Source: Owenia fusiformis
Taxonomy: Eukaryota
NCBI GenBank assembly: GCA_903813345.2
Contig: CAIIXF020000001.1
Span: forward strand, 21,576,001-21,640,000
DNA length: 64,000 bases
Reading direction: 5' to 3'
The position numbers were made by a program, and so were the translations under genes. Shown here piece after piece: positions 1 through 13,500 of the stretch (position 1 is the stretch's first letter; each line of letters opens with the position of its first letter). Below the pieces are notes generated by a model. The model searched no databases. It was given only the letters and a program-made list of their open reading frames with translations, and was not told where the DNA came from.

Positions 1-51
1 ATTCAAGTGAAACGAAATTAATATCTGATACTGAATCTTTTCCCACTTCAG

Positions 52-422
52 ACAGTACTCTTACACACAAAGATAACCCTCAATTAGGAAACCAAAATTT
101 AGTGACTGATTTAGAATCAATAACGACCACCCATATGACACCTATGGAGGAAGGTACTGACAAACATGAAACTGATGCCCCATGTGAAATAGATGATACT
201 GATGAACATGATACCATTAGTAATGAGCATAATCAGCCAATACATGATTATGTTATTAATCACAGATGTAATTATGAAGACAAAGATGGTAATCTGTTAG
301 TCGTTGAGAATTCTGATGAGAGCGATAATGAATTAGGAACTGAAGAGAAACCTTTCTGGGAGGCTGTGCGCAAAAGGGATCCTTACCACATAGAGGAACA
401 TGTTCATCTGACCCTAGAAGAG
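52..422 (+). CDS. TSEN2: TSEN2 exon (acidic insert, ends LTLEE)
   Basis: ttcag acceptor at 47-51, open frame shared with ORF 102-497, donor gtatac at 423. Confidence 0.85.
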
Positions 423-3400
423 GTATACATGTTTTTAAAGTCAATACTAACCCTTGCTGTTCTAACACATTCAAATGTAGATTTTATCATTTTTTAAGAT
501 AAAAGGAGTTATTGCTTAATTTGACAAAAAAGACTAAATCTAAAGAGTTCAGTTTCACAGATTTGATGCTGATGCTCATCTTACTGATCTCAAATGTAGC
601 TTTAGTAACATTTTATGTCAGTTTCAATCCATAATGAATGATAGCTACTTATAAGCAGAAAATGTGGTTCATAATAACTGCACAATGCAATTAGATAAAA
701 GTTGCAACAAAAAATCAAAATAGTGTCTCTAATTTTAAGAGTTAAGACAGAGTTGAGCTCTAGGAAAGGGTTATTACTTTCATTAGATACTCTGATATCT
801 TTGTTCATGCACAGGTGATCTTTCTAATGTGAATTGAATTCATGTGTTTATGATTAATACTGTCTATTAGACTGAGTTTATGTCAATGCTAAATGACAAA
901 TTGTTGAGCAGGGATGAATAGATCATTCCGATAATGAACATGAAAATAGAGTTAAAATGACTTGTGCCAATGTCCCTAACGACTAACATTATACTACTTA
1001 AGGAGTTGACTTCTCTACTCTCGTCAATTAAAGACAATTCTTCCATTTGGCCGTTATCCAATCAGAATGCATGGTCGGAAAACTACAACAATTTTCTGCC
1101 AATATTAGCTAACAAACTTCCATTAATCGTAGGGATTTTTGAGGTAATTTGTTGGAGTTATTTGTCTAAATCAGATCTGAAACCTGCTTTTAGTACTAAG
1201 TTTCTGCCATCCCCAATTATCTATTTTCCCCTCTTGTTTAGGTTAATATGTCACCAACAAAAGTGGTGACATATTGTTATTAGGTGGGTATGTTAGTTAG
1301 TAGGGAGGGGGAGCTAAAGGCTTGAGATTAGATTAAACTTTACTCTAACAGCAAAATTAAATAAGAAATAGACAATCTTTTGCAAAGAGACATTTGGGTA
1401 TTATTAATTCTGCTATTTGTGGGAGATACTGAAATTACCACCATATAGATAAAAGTACATTATTTTAGTCTTTTAGTCAACTTTATTGAATATTTGTTAT
1501 TGTTATTATTGAATTATAGGCTCAGTTACATTTTTATATTAAATAAAGCAGTTAAGCCTATTCACTGTGATTGGATTAAGCTCGGCACTATGAGATCATA
1601 TTGTTATGTCACCACCAGAAGTAGTATTGTTGTAGTCTGAAAACTTTTTGTGGATGGTGTTCGGCAGTTGGCATTCAGCGTTTGTAACAAATACTTACAA
1701 CTTCCAATGAATGAACAAGAACTGTTTAGACTGACTTCAACTTTTTACTGCGAACAGCCGAACATACAGGGTGTTCCAAAAGTAACAGGACTGGTGCTGG
1801 CATTTTGTCAATTCTGCACCGATTGTCTTCAAATTTTCACAAATTGTACTTTGAAGTATTGCAACTAAAATTGTAAAGTTTCAGAAAAAATGATAAAATG
1901 TGGGTAGAGTTATGGTTACTATAGTAACATGACATCACAATACCCGGGGCAACTTTTTCATGAAAATGTGATATCTAACATTTTTGTATTACTAAGGAAA
2001 GTATCTAATTCACCTATTACAGTACAACATTTTTGTTTGTTTTATTAGTTGCTTTGTTGTTATGGTGTTGCTATACAACTCATATTCAAGTATGATTTCA
2101 TTATAATAATATTTATTAAATTTCCTTGAATATCACTTACTAGGTATAACAGTCTGCACAATTCACGATTGATTTTTCGAAAAGACCCAATTTGAAGCCA
2201 GTCATCCACCTTAATAACCCGCCTGCCTGCAAGTCAGCATTAAAGACCACTGCAGCTATAGAGGATCCAGGTCTTGAGGTCTAAGACCATGCACCATACT
2301 CTTCTGATCATGCCATATCTATTTTTTATTATTTTTATGGAGAATGGAATGCTAATCAGTAGGGTAAGACCTTTAAAGATGAGAATGACCTTCTCCAAGT
2401 TGTCCAATCGACCCTGCGATGTCCTTAAATGGGTTCATTCATGTGTTTGAGTTATGTATACAGAGTGCTACTCTTGTACTGACCAAAGAGGAGCCTACTT
2501 TTCAAAGTAGAGGGTACAAAGGAATATCAAATGATGTAAAGCAATTGTAATTTCCACTAGTTGTTGCATTTCAACTTTAATATGGGATGTACAAATTGCT
2601 TAAAGTCTGCGAAACTTTCTGCCTGGAATGTTGCCCCGGGTAATGTGATGTCATGTTACCATAGCAACCATAACTTTACCCGAGTTTTATAATTTTTGTC
2701 GAAACTTTGCAGTTTTAGTTACAATACATGAGAGTACATTATGTATAGTCATATCTATTACTTTTTGAGATTTTAGATACATTGTAAATGTGTTACTTTA
2801 AGTAGCCGCCAAATTCAGTATTTCATATTTCAACCGTAAAGTATGCTATATACCATTACATTACATTTCAATAGTGCAAGTCCGCAAAATTAAGTAGTTG
2901 TATATAAACACGTCATGAGTTTCAACACATTTCTGCCAATATCTTTTACCATGGCAATAAAATAAGAGGACTTTTTATCGCACCCTAAGGTGCTATATTG
3001 TAATCAGTTTGCCGGGCGGGCGGTTGGGTGGGCGGGCGTCCAGAATAATCTTGTCTACAGGTTTCCAGCCAAACCGTTTGAGGGATTCATTTGAAATTTT
3101 CAGGGATGTTTCTACCTATGAAAGTTTAGAACTGATTAGTTTTTCGGCATTCTGGGTAAATGTTAAGGTGGCCATTTTGGATTTTCCATCCTAAAATCTT
3201 GTCTGTCAAGGTTTGTCTACAGGTTTCCAGCCAAACCGTTTGAGGGATTCATTTGAAATACACAGGGATGTTTCTACCTATGAAAGTTTAGAACTGATTA
3301 GTTTTTCGACATTCTGGATAAATGTTAAGGTGGCCATTTTGGATTTTCCATCCTAAAATCTTGTCTGTCAAGGTTTGTCTACAGGTTTCCAGCCAAACCG

Positions 3401-6400
3401 TTTGAGGGATTCATTTGAAATACACAGGGATGTTTCTACCTATGAAAGTTTAGAACTGATTAGTTTTTCGACATTCTGGATAAATGTTAAGACGGCCATT
3501 TCTGTTCAAGGGTGCGATATTGTTCACCGTGTGTTTTATTGCATAATTTAAGTAGTGTTCACATGTACCTAAAAAAATTGTATAAATATATGGGGCATAA
3601 ATAGCGACTGGTATTTGTCTTAGGTGTTAATGCCTGTTACAAATGTAACACTTTTGTGATGATTTGAAATAACTCACCATGGTGTCATGTTTATGGCTTG
3701 TTTTAATCTTTGTTTTCCCATTAGACATATGATACCACAATCAACTGCTACGTGGTTTTAGTGAAATTGCTTTCTGAAAAAGTTACGGGGAAAAATCCCA
3801 TATTCATTTTCTTGAGATCATCTTTATTTTTATTAGCCTATCATTTAGGCTCACTGTTGTTAACTGTACATCTGTCTTTATTTCCAGGCATTTTTCCTGT
3901 CATATGGACTCGGTTGTCTAGTTGTCCATGATGAGCAACAGGTAATAATATAAAGTTATATTTCATACAAATTGTGAAGCTTAATGTTCAAAATAGATGC
4001 TAACCAGGAAAAAGCATGAGGCAATTTAAGAATATCAGATAATTTCTTGTGATTTCATTTTATCAACTCATAGATTTACGTGTGAAATAAGAATGCAGGT
4101 GATTGCAGTTCAATTGTTTTTGTGCTTTGATTCAACTTATATTCAACAGAATAATGTTACTATCTTACCTACTTCTTGAAAGTATCTTAACTTCAAATTT
4201 GCTTATCATGTGCTTATCAGTCTGATAAACAGTACTTTGTTTAAAAAAACAATTTTATAACTGGGTTTTACAGACAATACAATAGTCATGGAATATATAC
4301 CACTATATTCCCCATTCCCCTCAACACACAGATCATTCCCCCTCCCCCCAATATTAACTTTTCATGCCTTTGGAATCACTATTTCTAATTTGAATATTTC
4401 TCTTGTAGAAACCATTAGATGTCACCACAATGTGGCAAATATTTTGTAAAAGACAACCTAGCTTCCTTGCAAACTACATCGTCTACCATAACTTTCGTAG
4501 TAAAGGATGGTGTCCAAAACCTGGAATTAAATATGGGGCAGAATATGGTAAATACTTTTTTGAAATTTGAAAGTTTTATTTAAAAATTAGAGCAAACAAT
4601 GCATGTTCGGGAATTTTCTATTTTTTGTTTAATTATAGATACATTCTTTAACCGCACATATTTCCAGCATTTTTAGATGTTATGGTTCATGGATAAACAT
4701 TTTCATCTAACAATTTATTGGTTTCTTTTAAAGTTTTTAAAATGTATTTTTCTGTTCATCTTTAGTGGTTTACAAACAGGGGCCACCTTTTTATCATTCG
4801 TCATACTCTGTGTTAGTGAGACTGGTTGATGGGGTCTCATTCAGGGATGACACTCAATATGAAAAGAGACCCCTTAGCTGGACAACTATTGCTGGAATGC
4901 ATAGAATCACGGAGCAAGTATCAAAGGTAAGAAGTACATAAAAATTACCAAACTGTTCAAATCTTCAAACGGTTTTATGAACCAAATTTGTTATTATGTA
5001 TTAATAGAGGGGCTTCATGAGTTGAATACATGTAGATGGTAGATCAAGTTTTGGTCGTTTATCCCCTCTTTTTGATACCTCTATGCCCGGGGGGTTCATT
5101 GTGTACAAAATTTGTCAGGGGTCCTAGGCTGAACCCTCAGATATCAATATATTCCCATACCAAAATGTCAAATTTGAATGTGTTCCCATACCAACCGATA
5201 TTTTGCCCAAAAGCCATCCCAAATGCCCAAATATGAAACCAATGCCATACCAAATGTCAAAATATAGGACCAATGCCATACCAATGCCATGACTGGTCCA
5301 AAGTAGAATATTTCCTGGGAAAAAAAGCTATTTATTTAAACTGAAGAAGGTCCCAAGAAGAAGGCGATCTTTGAGGAAAACGAACCAAAACAGCCTCATA
5401 TTAGAATATGTGTAACTTCTAGACCAATTCCATACCATAATTGTGAGATAACATATTTTCCATGACCATTCTCATACCAGAAAGTTGAAAAATCTGACCA
5501 TTTCCATCCATCAAAAGTTTAATGAGGGGGCATTCTCATACCACATCCTAAACTTTGGGTCCATTGCCATACCAAATGTCAAAAAAGGTACCCCATGTGT
5601 GCCGAGGATCCCCGTCAAGGTTTATATACAGTGAACCCCCCGGGCCTCTATGTTAGAAGAGCATATGATGTATATATGATTGTTATTAATTGTTGTATCA
5701 AAGTTTACAACAGAAGTATTCAGTTTCCTTGATCGATACAGACAACTAATCATTTCTTCAGTTATGTCTCAGGTAGACATTGGTAAATTATAAACCTTCA
5801 AACTTCATCAGAACTGTTTTAACATTATACTATATACATGTATTTCAGGAGGTGATGTTTTGCTATGTTATAAAACCCCCAGGTGTATCAGACCAGGACT
5901 TGACCTCATCCCCTGCATATATACCTCAGTTCAAAGTACAGGTAAGTAATGGTACCCTTCACCAGAGGTCTGCTTTATCTGCACTCTTTGAATCTGAGAT
6001 ATTTTGTTTGATGTAGCTCACATACAATCAGAATATGTTGTTTGAAAATCATGATGCTCTATTTTCTGCCTATGAACACTTGATATTCATTTTACTTTGG
6101 AATCAAAACTTAAAATTACAAAGATGAATGCAATTTGTTCATATTAAAGGGGCACTATGCATAATTTAGAAGAAAAAGGATCAAATAATAATTGAAACAT
6201 GTTACTCACACAATCAATCAAATATAATACAAAGCTTGATTTGCATTAATATTGAAGTGAGAAAAAAATAACTTACATCGAAAACAGCATTTGGATTTCA
6301 GAGATCGTAAGTAGTGCATGCACACTCTTGACAAAGTGCATGTGTTTAAATAAATCTCGATTGAAAAGATGGCGACACTTCTATAAAAAATGAAATTAAT

Positions 6401-6540
6401 CATGTAAAACAAAAAACTTTGCCATCTTTCGTTGACATCAGTATTTTGTAATGTTTATGTTATGTTTCCAGGAAACTATATTCAGAAGGTGGAAGTCATC
6501 AGCAGAAAGAGAAAACAAACATCCGGATGAGATTCCATAA
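52..6540 (+). CDS. TSEN2: tRNA-splicing endonuclease subunit Sen2, 3' part (5' end lies upstream of the window); exons 52-422, 3888-3941, 4409-4547, 4766-4926, 5849-5941, 6472-6540
   Basis: Six GT-AG exons splice in consistent phase to ...RDPYHIEEHVHLTLEE|AFFLSYGLGCL..|KPLDVTTMWQIF..YHNFRSKGWCPKPGIKYG..|VVYKQGPPFYHSSYSV..RPLSW..VSK|EVMFCYVIKP..|ETIFRRWKSSAERE..*. This matches the SEN2 nuclease domain, including the Tyr/His/Lys catalytic positions (YxxGPPFYH; VSKE). Confidence 0.93.
1605..1764 (+). mobile_element. 5' fragment of HINE family 'tatgtcacc' (another 5' end at ~1247-1310)
   Basis: Starts ttatgtcaccacc and shares cttacaacttcc..ctgtttagactgacttcaa with the 9742-10919 element. Confidence 0.55.
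1767..2740. mobile_element. Degenerate long-TIR MITE (Tc1/mariner-like left end ta|cagggtgttcc)
   Basis: ~1846-1955 is an inverted repeat of ~2630-2740 (..catgacatcacaataccccggggcaac / gttgccccggggtaatgtgatgtcatg..). Confidence 0.6.
2972..3540 (+). mobile_element. Helentron-associated non-autonomous element (HINE/pearl/DINE-type) with ~3 x 162-bp core repeats
   Basis: subTIR atcgcaccc/gggtgcgat, 5' hairpin partner ggtgctat, (GGGC)n microsatellite, cores starting 3052/3214/3376, T-rich ends. Confidence 0.75.
3888..3941 (+). CDS. TSEN2: TSEN2 exon AFFLSYGLGCLVVHDEQQ
   Basis: ttccag acceptor, gtaata donor, 54 nt, phase 0/0. Confidence 0.92.
4409..4547 (+). CDS. TSEN2: TSEN2 exon KPLD...GIKYGAEY
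   Basis: ttgtag acceptor, gtaaat donor; FRSKGWxPKxGxKYG motif. Confidence 0.93.
4766..4926 (+). CDS. TSEN2: TSEN2 catalytic exon VYKQGPPFYHSSY...VSK
   Basis: tttag acceptor, gtaaga donor; GPPFYH motif. Confidence 0.93.
5086..5644. mobile_element. MITE with CCCGGGGGGTTCA TIRs and 8-bp TSD
   Basis: TSD CCTCTATG at 5078-5085 and 5645-5652; many internal ccatacca motifs. Confidence 0.88.
5849..5941 (+). CDS. TSEN2: TSEN2 exon EVMFCYVIKP...FKVQ
   Basis: tttcag acceptor, gtaagt donor, 93 nt. Confidence 0.92.
6472..6540 (+). CDS. TSEN2: TSEN2 last coding exon ETIFRRWKSSAERENKHPDEIP*
   Basis: ttccag acceptor; RWxSxxER terminal motif; TAA at 6538-6540. Confidence 0.9.
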   Translation, partial: ETIFRRWKSSAERENKHPDEIP

Positions 6541-6548
6541 CGCTTAAT

Positions 6549-7122
6549 AGTCTACATTGGACACTCCTCGGTATAGTGGTCTACATTGGACACTCCACAG
6601 TATACTGGTCTATATCGGACACTCAACAGTATACTGGTCTACATTGGACACTCCTTGGTATAGTGGTCTACATTGGACACTCCACAGTATACTGGTCTAC
6701 ATTGGACACTCCTCAGTATACTGGTCTACATTGGACACTCCTCAGTATACTGATCTACACTGGACACTCCACAGTATACTGGTCTACATTGGACACTCCT
6801 CAGTATACTGGTCTACATTGGACACTCCACAGTATACTGGTCTACATTGGACACTCCTCAGTATACTGGTCTACATTGGACACTCCTCAGTATACTGGTC
6901 TACATTGGACACTCCGCAGTATACTGGTCTACATTGGACACTCCACAGTATACTGGTCTACATTGGACACTCAACAGTATACTGGTCTGCATTGGACAGT
7001 ATACAGTATACTGGTCTACATTGGACACTTCTCAGTATACTAGTCTACATTGGACACTCAACAGTATACTGGTCTACATTGGACACTTCTCAGTATACTA
7101 GTCTACATTGGACACTACTCAG
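6549..7122. repeat. 29-bp minisatellite, ~20 copies
   Basis: Unit tacattggacactcc(a/t)cagtatactggtc, containing palindrome cagtatactg; explains ORFs 6557-7162, 6576-7043 and 6847-7101. Confidence 0.97.
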
Positions 7123-7540
7123 ACTAGTGGACTACAGTGTGTTTGTGTCATGTCTTCGCTGACACATTCTGTTAATTTTCATACTGTATTAAAGAATTTA
7201 AGTCAGTGAATTCTGACAGAAGCACAAAATTTTTGTATCAGACTTTGAATGAGCCTTTGATTTTAAAAGCTAGCATACAAGACATTGATTGAGTCATGTG
7301 GTTTGAATTCTTGTCACACATTGCATAAGAGTATCAGTATCACTAAAAGAATGAAATTCTACTAGAAACTTTTTGCGATGGTTTTGCAGGGTTTGACATT
7401 TTGACCTGCATGAGCCCCAACCTAGTTATTTGTTATGATAGTTTATTTATTTTCTATTTATTTATAGTTTTTTAATTATGAATCTGATGAAAGTCATCAA
7501 AGTCAGCTAACCAAAGTTGCAGAAATGCCCAAATTGTCAA

Positions 7541-10500
7541 TACTCTAAGAGCGAGGAGGAAAATTCTTAATAAATGGAGTATAGTTGGTTTGGCAGCATT
7601 TTCAGTTAGGGGGAAGTCTTGGATGAAAATTCTACCTAGGTGATAGCTTCACAGAGTGGTACATAATTCTTTTTTTTCAGGGATTAGCCCCCCACCCCCC
7701 AAAATAACCCCACCCCGGTAAAATAATTTTTTCATTCTCAATAACTTTAGATATCTTGATGTTTGTAAGTTACATACATAGACATTATATATATGAATCA
7801 TTTGAAAAATAAATAATGCCAATCACTCCTACAGAATTTGAATAATAGTACAAAGTGTGTACCCCAGGGGGCAAATTCGTGACCCATTTTCTCACTATTT
7901 AGAGCCTCACTTTTCAATCAGACACTGGAAGACATTGGAAAAATTCACCTGAAGTGCCCAGTAGCAGACCTATAAGCCCTGAAAGGTTCAAATTAATTGA
8001 ATCAGTATGAGCCAAAAAAAAATTGTTGATTTTTTGAAAAATTTGACATTTTTGAGAGGCGTGATTTTGTGTATGACTATAGCTGAGGCCTATGGTTTCT
8101 AGATCTATCCCTCTTTGATAATAAATATGGTTTTGAAGTATGGAACTAAGATGTAAAAAATAATTAAAATAGGTTTTAAGGAAGTTAAAAGTTTTAAACA
8201 AGTTCAAAATTCGAAGAATTGTACAATATCAGGTCTGAATTTACGAATTTTAGGTAAGACCTTAGATGAGCCTTAGATTTTTCACATCTGTCCCCTTTTG
8301 ATGGTATTTATGATTTTGTAGTATGGAACTAAGATGTACAAAATAATTTAGATGGATTTGAAGGTTTAAGGATTTTAATCGAGTCCAAAATTTGAAGAAT
8401 TGTACAATATCAGGTCTGAATTTATGAATTTCTGGTATGACCTTGGACGAGCCTTACGTTTTTTACATCCTTCCCTCTTTGATGATATTCATGGTTTTAT
8501 AGTGTGGAACTAAGATGTAAAATATAATGTAAATGAATTTTAAGAAGGTTTAAGGATCTTAATGAGTTCAAAATTTGAAGAATTGTACAATATCAGGTCT
8601 GAATTTACGAATTTCAGGTAAGACCTGGGATGGGCCTTATATTTTTACATCTGTCACTCTTTGATGATATGTATTGTTTTGTAGTGTGGATCTTAGATGC
8701 AAAAATGATTAAGATGGTTTTGAAGAGTGTTTAAGGATTTTAATGAGTCCAAAATTTGAAGAATTGTATAATATCAGATCTGTATTTTTGAATTTCACGT
8801 ATGATTGTGGATGACCCTTTTGTTTTTTACATCTATATTTTACATCTATATCCCCCTTTGATGATATTCTTGGTTTTATGGTATGGAACTAAGATGTAAA
8901 ATATAATTTAGATGAATTTTTAGAAGGTTTTAGGATTCCAACAAGGTTTGAAGAATTGTACAATATCAGGTCTGAATTTGCAAATTGTTGGTAAGACCTT
9001 TGGATGAGCCTTATATTCTCTACATCTGTCCATCTTTGATGATATGTATGGTTTTGTAGTGTGGAACTATGATGTAAAAAAATAATTTAGATGCGTTTTA
9101 AGAAGGTTTAAGGATTTAAACAATTTGAAGAATTGTACAATATCAAGTCTGCAATTAACAAATTTCAAGTATAACCTTGGTTGGCCCATATGTTTTTTAA
9201 ACCTATTCCCTTTTCATGATATATTTGGTTTAGTAGTGTGGAAATATGTAAAACATATTTTAGATAGGTTTTAAAAAAGCTTAACGTTTTAAACAAGTTC
9301 AAAATCTTGGCGTATTGTACAATATCAGAAATTAACGAATTTAAAGTATAATCTTGCTTGGCCCTTATATTTTTAACATCTATCCCTTTTTGATGATATA
9401 TGTATATATTGTTTAGTAGTGTGGAGCTAATATGTAAAACATAATTAAGATGGGTTCTAAAGAAGTTTAAGGATTTCAACAAGTTCAAATTTTTATGAAT
9501 TGTACAATATCAGAGCTGATATTAATGAATTTTTGGTATTACCTTGGACGAGCCTTATGTTTTTTTACACCTATCCCTTTTTGATGGCATATATGGTTTA
9601 GTAGTGTTGAACTAAGATATTAAACATAAGTTAGACAGGTTTTAAACAAGTTTAAGGTTTTAAACAAGTTAAAAATATGAAGAATTGTACAATAACAGGT
9701 CTGGAATTTATTAATTTTAGGTATAACTTTGGATGGCCTTATTATGTCACCACCAAAAGTGGTGACATATTGTTATGGTCTCCGTTTTTTTTGTGACGGC
9801 GGTTGGTGGTTGGTGGTTGGAGGTTGGGCGTCCGGCGTCTGTAACAATTTCTTACAACTTCCTATAACTTTACAAATACTGTTTAGACTGACTTCAATTT
9901 TTTTCTAAATCATCTACATGTTCTCAGAAGTTCAAATCTGACTTTAGATTTGACATTTGACCTTCAATGACCTTCTCAAGGTCAAAAAGGTCTTTTTTCA
10001 ACTTGCTTCACATTGACTAAATTTTTTTCAAAATCATCTACATGTTCTCAGAAATTCAAATCTGACTTTAGATTTGACTTTAGATTTGACATTTGACCTT
10101 CAAATCTGACTTTAGATTTGACCTTCAATGACCTTCTCAAGGTCAAAAAAGGTCAAAAAGGTCTGTTTTCAACTTGCTTCAAATTGACTAAATTTTTTTT
10201 TCAAAATCATCTATGTGTTCTCAGAAATTCAAATCTGACTTAAGATTTGACTTAAGATTTGACATTTGACCTTCAATGACCTTCTCAAGGTCAAAAAAGG
10301 TCAAAAAGGTCTGTTTTCAACTTGCTTCAAATTGACTAAATTTTTTTTCAAAATCATCTACGTGTTCTCAGAAATTCAAATCTGACTTTTGATTTGACTT
10401 AAGATTTGACATTTGACCTTCAATGACCTTCTCAAAGTCAAAAAAGGTCAAAAAGGTCTTTTTTCAACTTGCTTCAAATTGACTAAATTTTTTTTTCAAA

Positions 10501-13500
10501 ATCATCTACATGTTCTCAGAAATTCAAATCTGACTTTAGATTTGACATTTGACCTTCAATGACCTTCTCAATGTCAAAAAAGGTCAAAAAGGTATTTTTT
10601 CATCTTGCTTCAAATTGACTAAATATTTTTTTCAAAATCATCTACATGTTCTCAGAAATTCAAATATGACTTTAGATTTGACATTTTACCTTCAATGACC
10701 TTCTCAAGGTCAAAAAGGTCTTTTTTCAACTTGCTTCAAATTGACAAATTTTTTTTTTCAAAATCATCTACATGTTCTCAGAAATTCAAATCTGACTCTA
10801 GATTTGACATTTCACCTTTAATGACCTTCTCAAGGTCAAAAAAGGTCAAAAAGGTCTGTTTTCAACTTGCTTCAAATTGACCTTTAGGGGGTGACATTTT
10901 GTCATGTTAATGCCTTGTTCGTTTTTTACATCTATCTCTCAATGATTATTATATAATATATGGTTGGTAATATATAGTAGTGTGGAACTAAGAGGTAAAA
11001 CATAATTTAGATGGGTTTTGAGAAGGTTTAAGGTTTTAAAGCTGTTCAAAACTTGACAAATTGTACAATATCATATCTGACATTAACAAATTTCAGGTAT
11101 ATATCTCTCTATGATGATATATATGGTTTAGTAATATGGAACTAAGATGTAAAACATAAATTTAGATCGATCGGTTTTAAGGAAGTTAAAAGGCAGAATC
11201 AGATCTATAGGGGTGATAAAATTACAAGCAACATGTCCAATTCACCTACCAATCTATTCCTTACAATCTAAAATACAATATCTTGAAAAAGATTCATGAT
11301 GTGTTAAAAACTGATGAAGTTATAATGGATTCAAAGTGCAAAAATGGGGGAAAAGTGTTTAAATACTCCCAAAATAATAAGAATGGTAACCATTCTTATG
11401 GAAAAATAATACATTATTGTAGAAATCTTTAGTTTTCCTACACTAAAGTGTGCACTTTGGGGATTTTTAGCAAATAGACATGAAAAGGAATGACATAAGC
11501 CAGAAATATTCAAAAATTTAAACAATTTTTTGTTTGGCTGCTTGCTGGATCTGATTCTCTCTTTAAGGTTTTCAAGAAGTTCAAAACAAAACAAATTGTA
11601 CAATATTAGGTCTGAAATTCTTAACCTCTTTGATGATTTACATGGTTTTGTAGTGTGGAACTAAAATGTAAAACAAAATTTAGGAATTTGAGCGGGGTTT
11701 TAAGGAGGTTTATATTTATTACTTATTGCTAAATGATTATCTAGAAATTATCATCATTTTGCATTTTTTATAGTATTAAAAAACAGGGTAACCATCAATA
11801 TTTCATGAATTTCATTTTTATTGGGATCAACTTCGGACTATCATAACTTTGCACCTCTACCCCCAATCACCTTGATCTTTACACCAAAAGGTGTCAAATA
11901 TCTGTGGCTCAAGCTAAAAATAATAATGATAGCACAAGAAAAACTTGCAAAAAGTACCATTTAAAAAACAGAGGGCTAGGTCAATTTGACCCCCCCTCCC
12001 CTGCAGACATAAGGGTTAAACTTCCTTAAAACCCAAAATTCCTAAATTATGTTTTACATTTTAGTCTCACACTACAGAACCATGTAAATCATCAAAGAGG
12101 TTTAGAATGTAAAGAGCATGAGGATCATTCAAATCTATACCTGAAATTTGTTAATTTCAGACCTGATATTGTACAATTTGTCAAGTTTTTGAACCTCTTT
12201 AGAACCTTAAACTTCCTTAAAACCCATCTAAATTATGATTTACACTTTAGTTCCATACAACAAAACCATATATGTCATCATAGAGAGATATATGTAAAAA
12301 ACATAAGGCTCATCTAAGGCTATACCTGAAATTTGTTTATTTCAGGTCTCATATTGTACAATTTGTCAAGTTTTGAACTTGTTTAAAACCTTAAACCTCC
12401 TTAAAACCCATTTTAATTATGTTTTACCTTTTAGTTCCACACTGCTAAACCATATATATCATCAAAAAGGGATGTTAAAAACATAAGGGCCAACAAAGGT
12501 TATACTTGAAATCTGTTAATTTCAGATCTGATATTGTACAATTCATCAAGATTTTGAACTTGTTTAAAACATTTAGTTTTTTTAAAACCCATCCAAATTA
12601 TGTCATACATATTATTTCAACACTACTAAACCAAATATATCATGAAAAGGGATAGGTGTAAAAAAAACAAGAGAACCAACCAAGGTTATACTTGAAATGT
12701 GTTAATTGCAGACCTAATATTGTACAATTTTTCAAATTTTGAACTTGTGAAAATCCTAAAACCTTCTTAAAATCCATCTTAATTGTTTTTTACATCCTAG
12801 TTCCACACTACAAAACAATACATATCATCAAAGAGGGACTGATGTAAAAAAAATAAGGCTTGCCCAAGGTCTTACCTGAAATTCATAAATTCAGACCTGA
12901 TAGAGTACAATTCTTCAAATTTTGACTTGTTAAAATCCTTAAACCTTCTTAAAATCCATCTAAATTATATTTTACAGCTTAGTTTGTTACTAAAAAACCA
13001 TAAATATCATCAAAGAGGGACAGATATAAAAAACATAAGGGTCATCCAAGGTCATACCTGAAATTCAGACCTGATATTGTACAATTCTTCAAATTTTGGA
13101 CTTATTTAAAACTTTAAACTTCCTTAAAACCCATTTTAATTATTTTTTACATCTTAGTTCTACACTTTAAAACCATATTTAACATCAAAGAGGGATGGAT
13201 CTAGAAACTATAAGCGTCAGCTATAGTCATACACAAAATCACCCATCTCGAAAATGTCAAAATTTTCAAAAAATCAACAATTTTTTTCTTGGCTCCTACA
13301 GATTCAATTAGTTTGAACCTTTCAGGGCTCATAAGCCTGCTACTAGGCACTTCACATGAATTTTTCCAATGTCTTCCAGTGTCTAATTGAAAAGTGAGGC
13401 TCTAAATAGTAAGAAAATGGGTCACCTAGGTAGAATTTTCATCCAAGACTTCCCCCTAACTGAAAATGCTGCCAAACCAACTATACTCCATTTATTAAGA

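Noticed and set aside
102..497. Stand-alone 131-aa protein or DnaJ-like LTLEE motif
   Set aside because: It is a TSEN2 exon read through into the intron
6549..7122. CRISPR-like array (29-bp, palindromic repeat)
   Set aside because: Units are contiguous with no unique spacers, there are no cas genes, and the context is eukaryotic
6557..7162. Three overlapping ORFs of 84-201 aa
   Set aside because: Translations of the minisatellite
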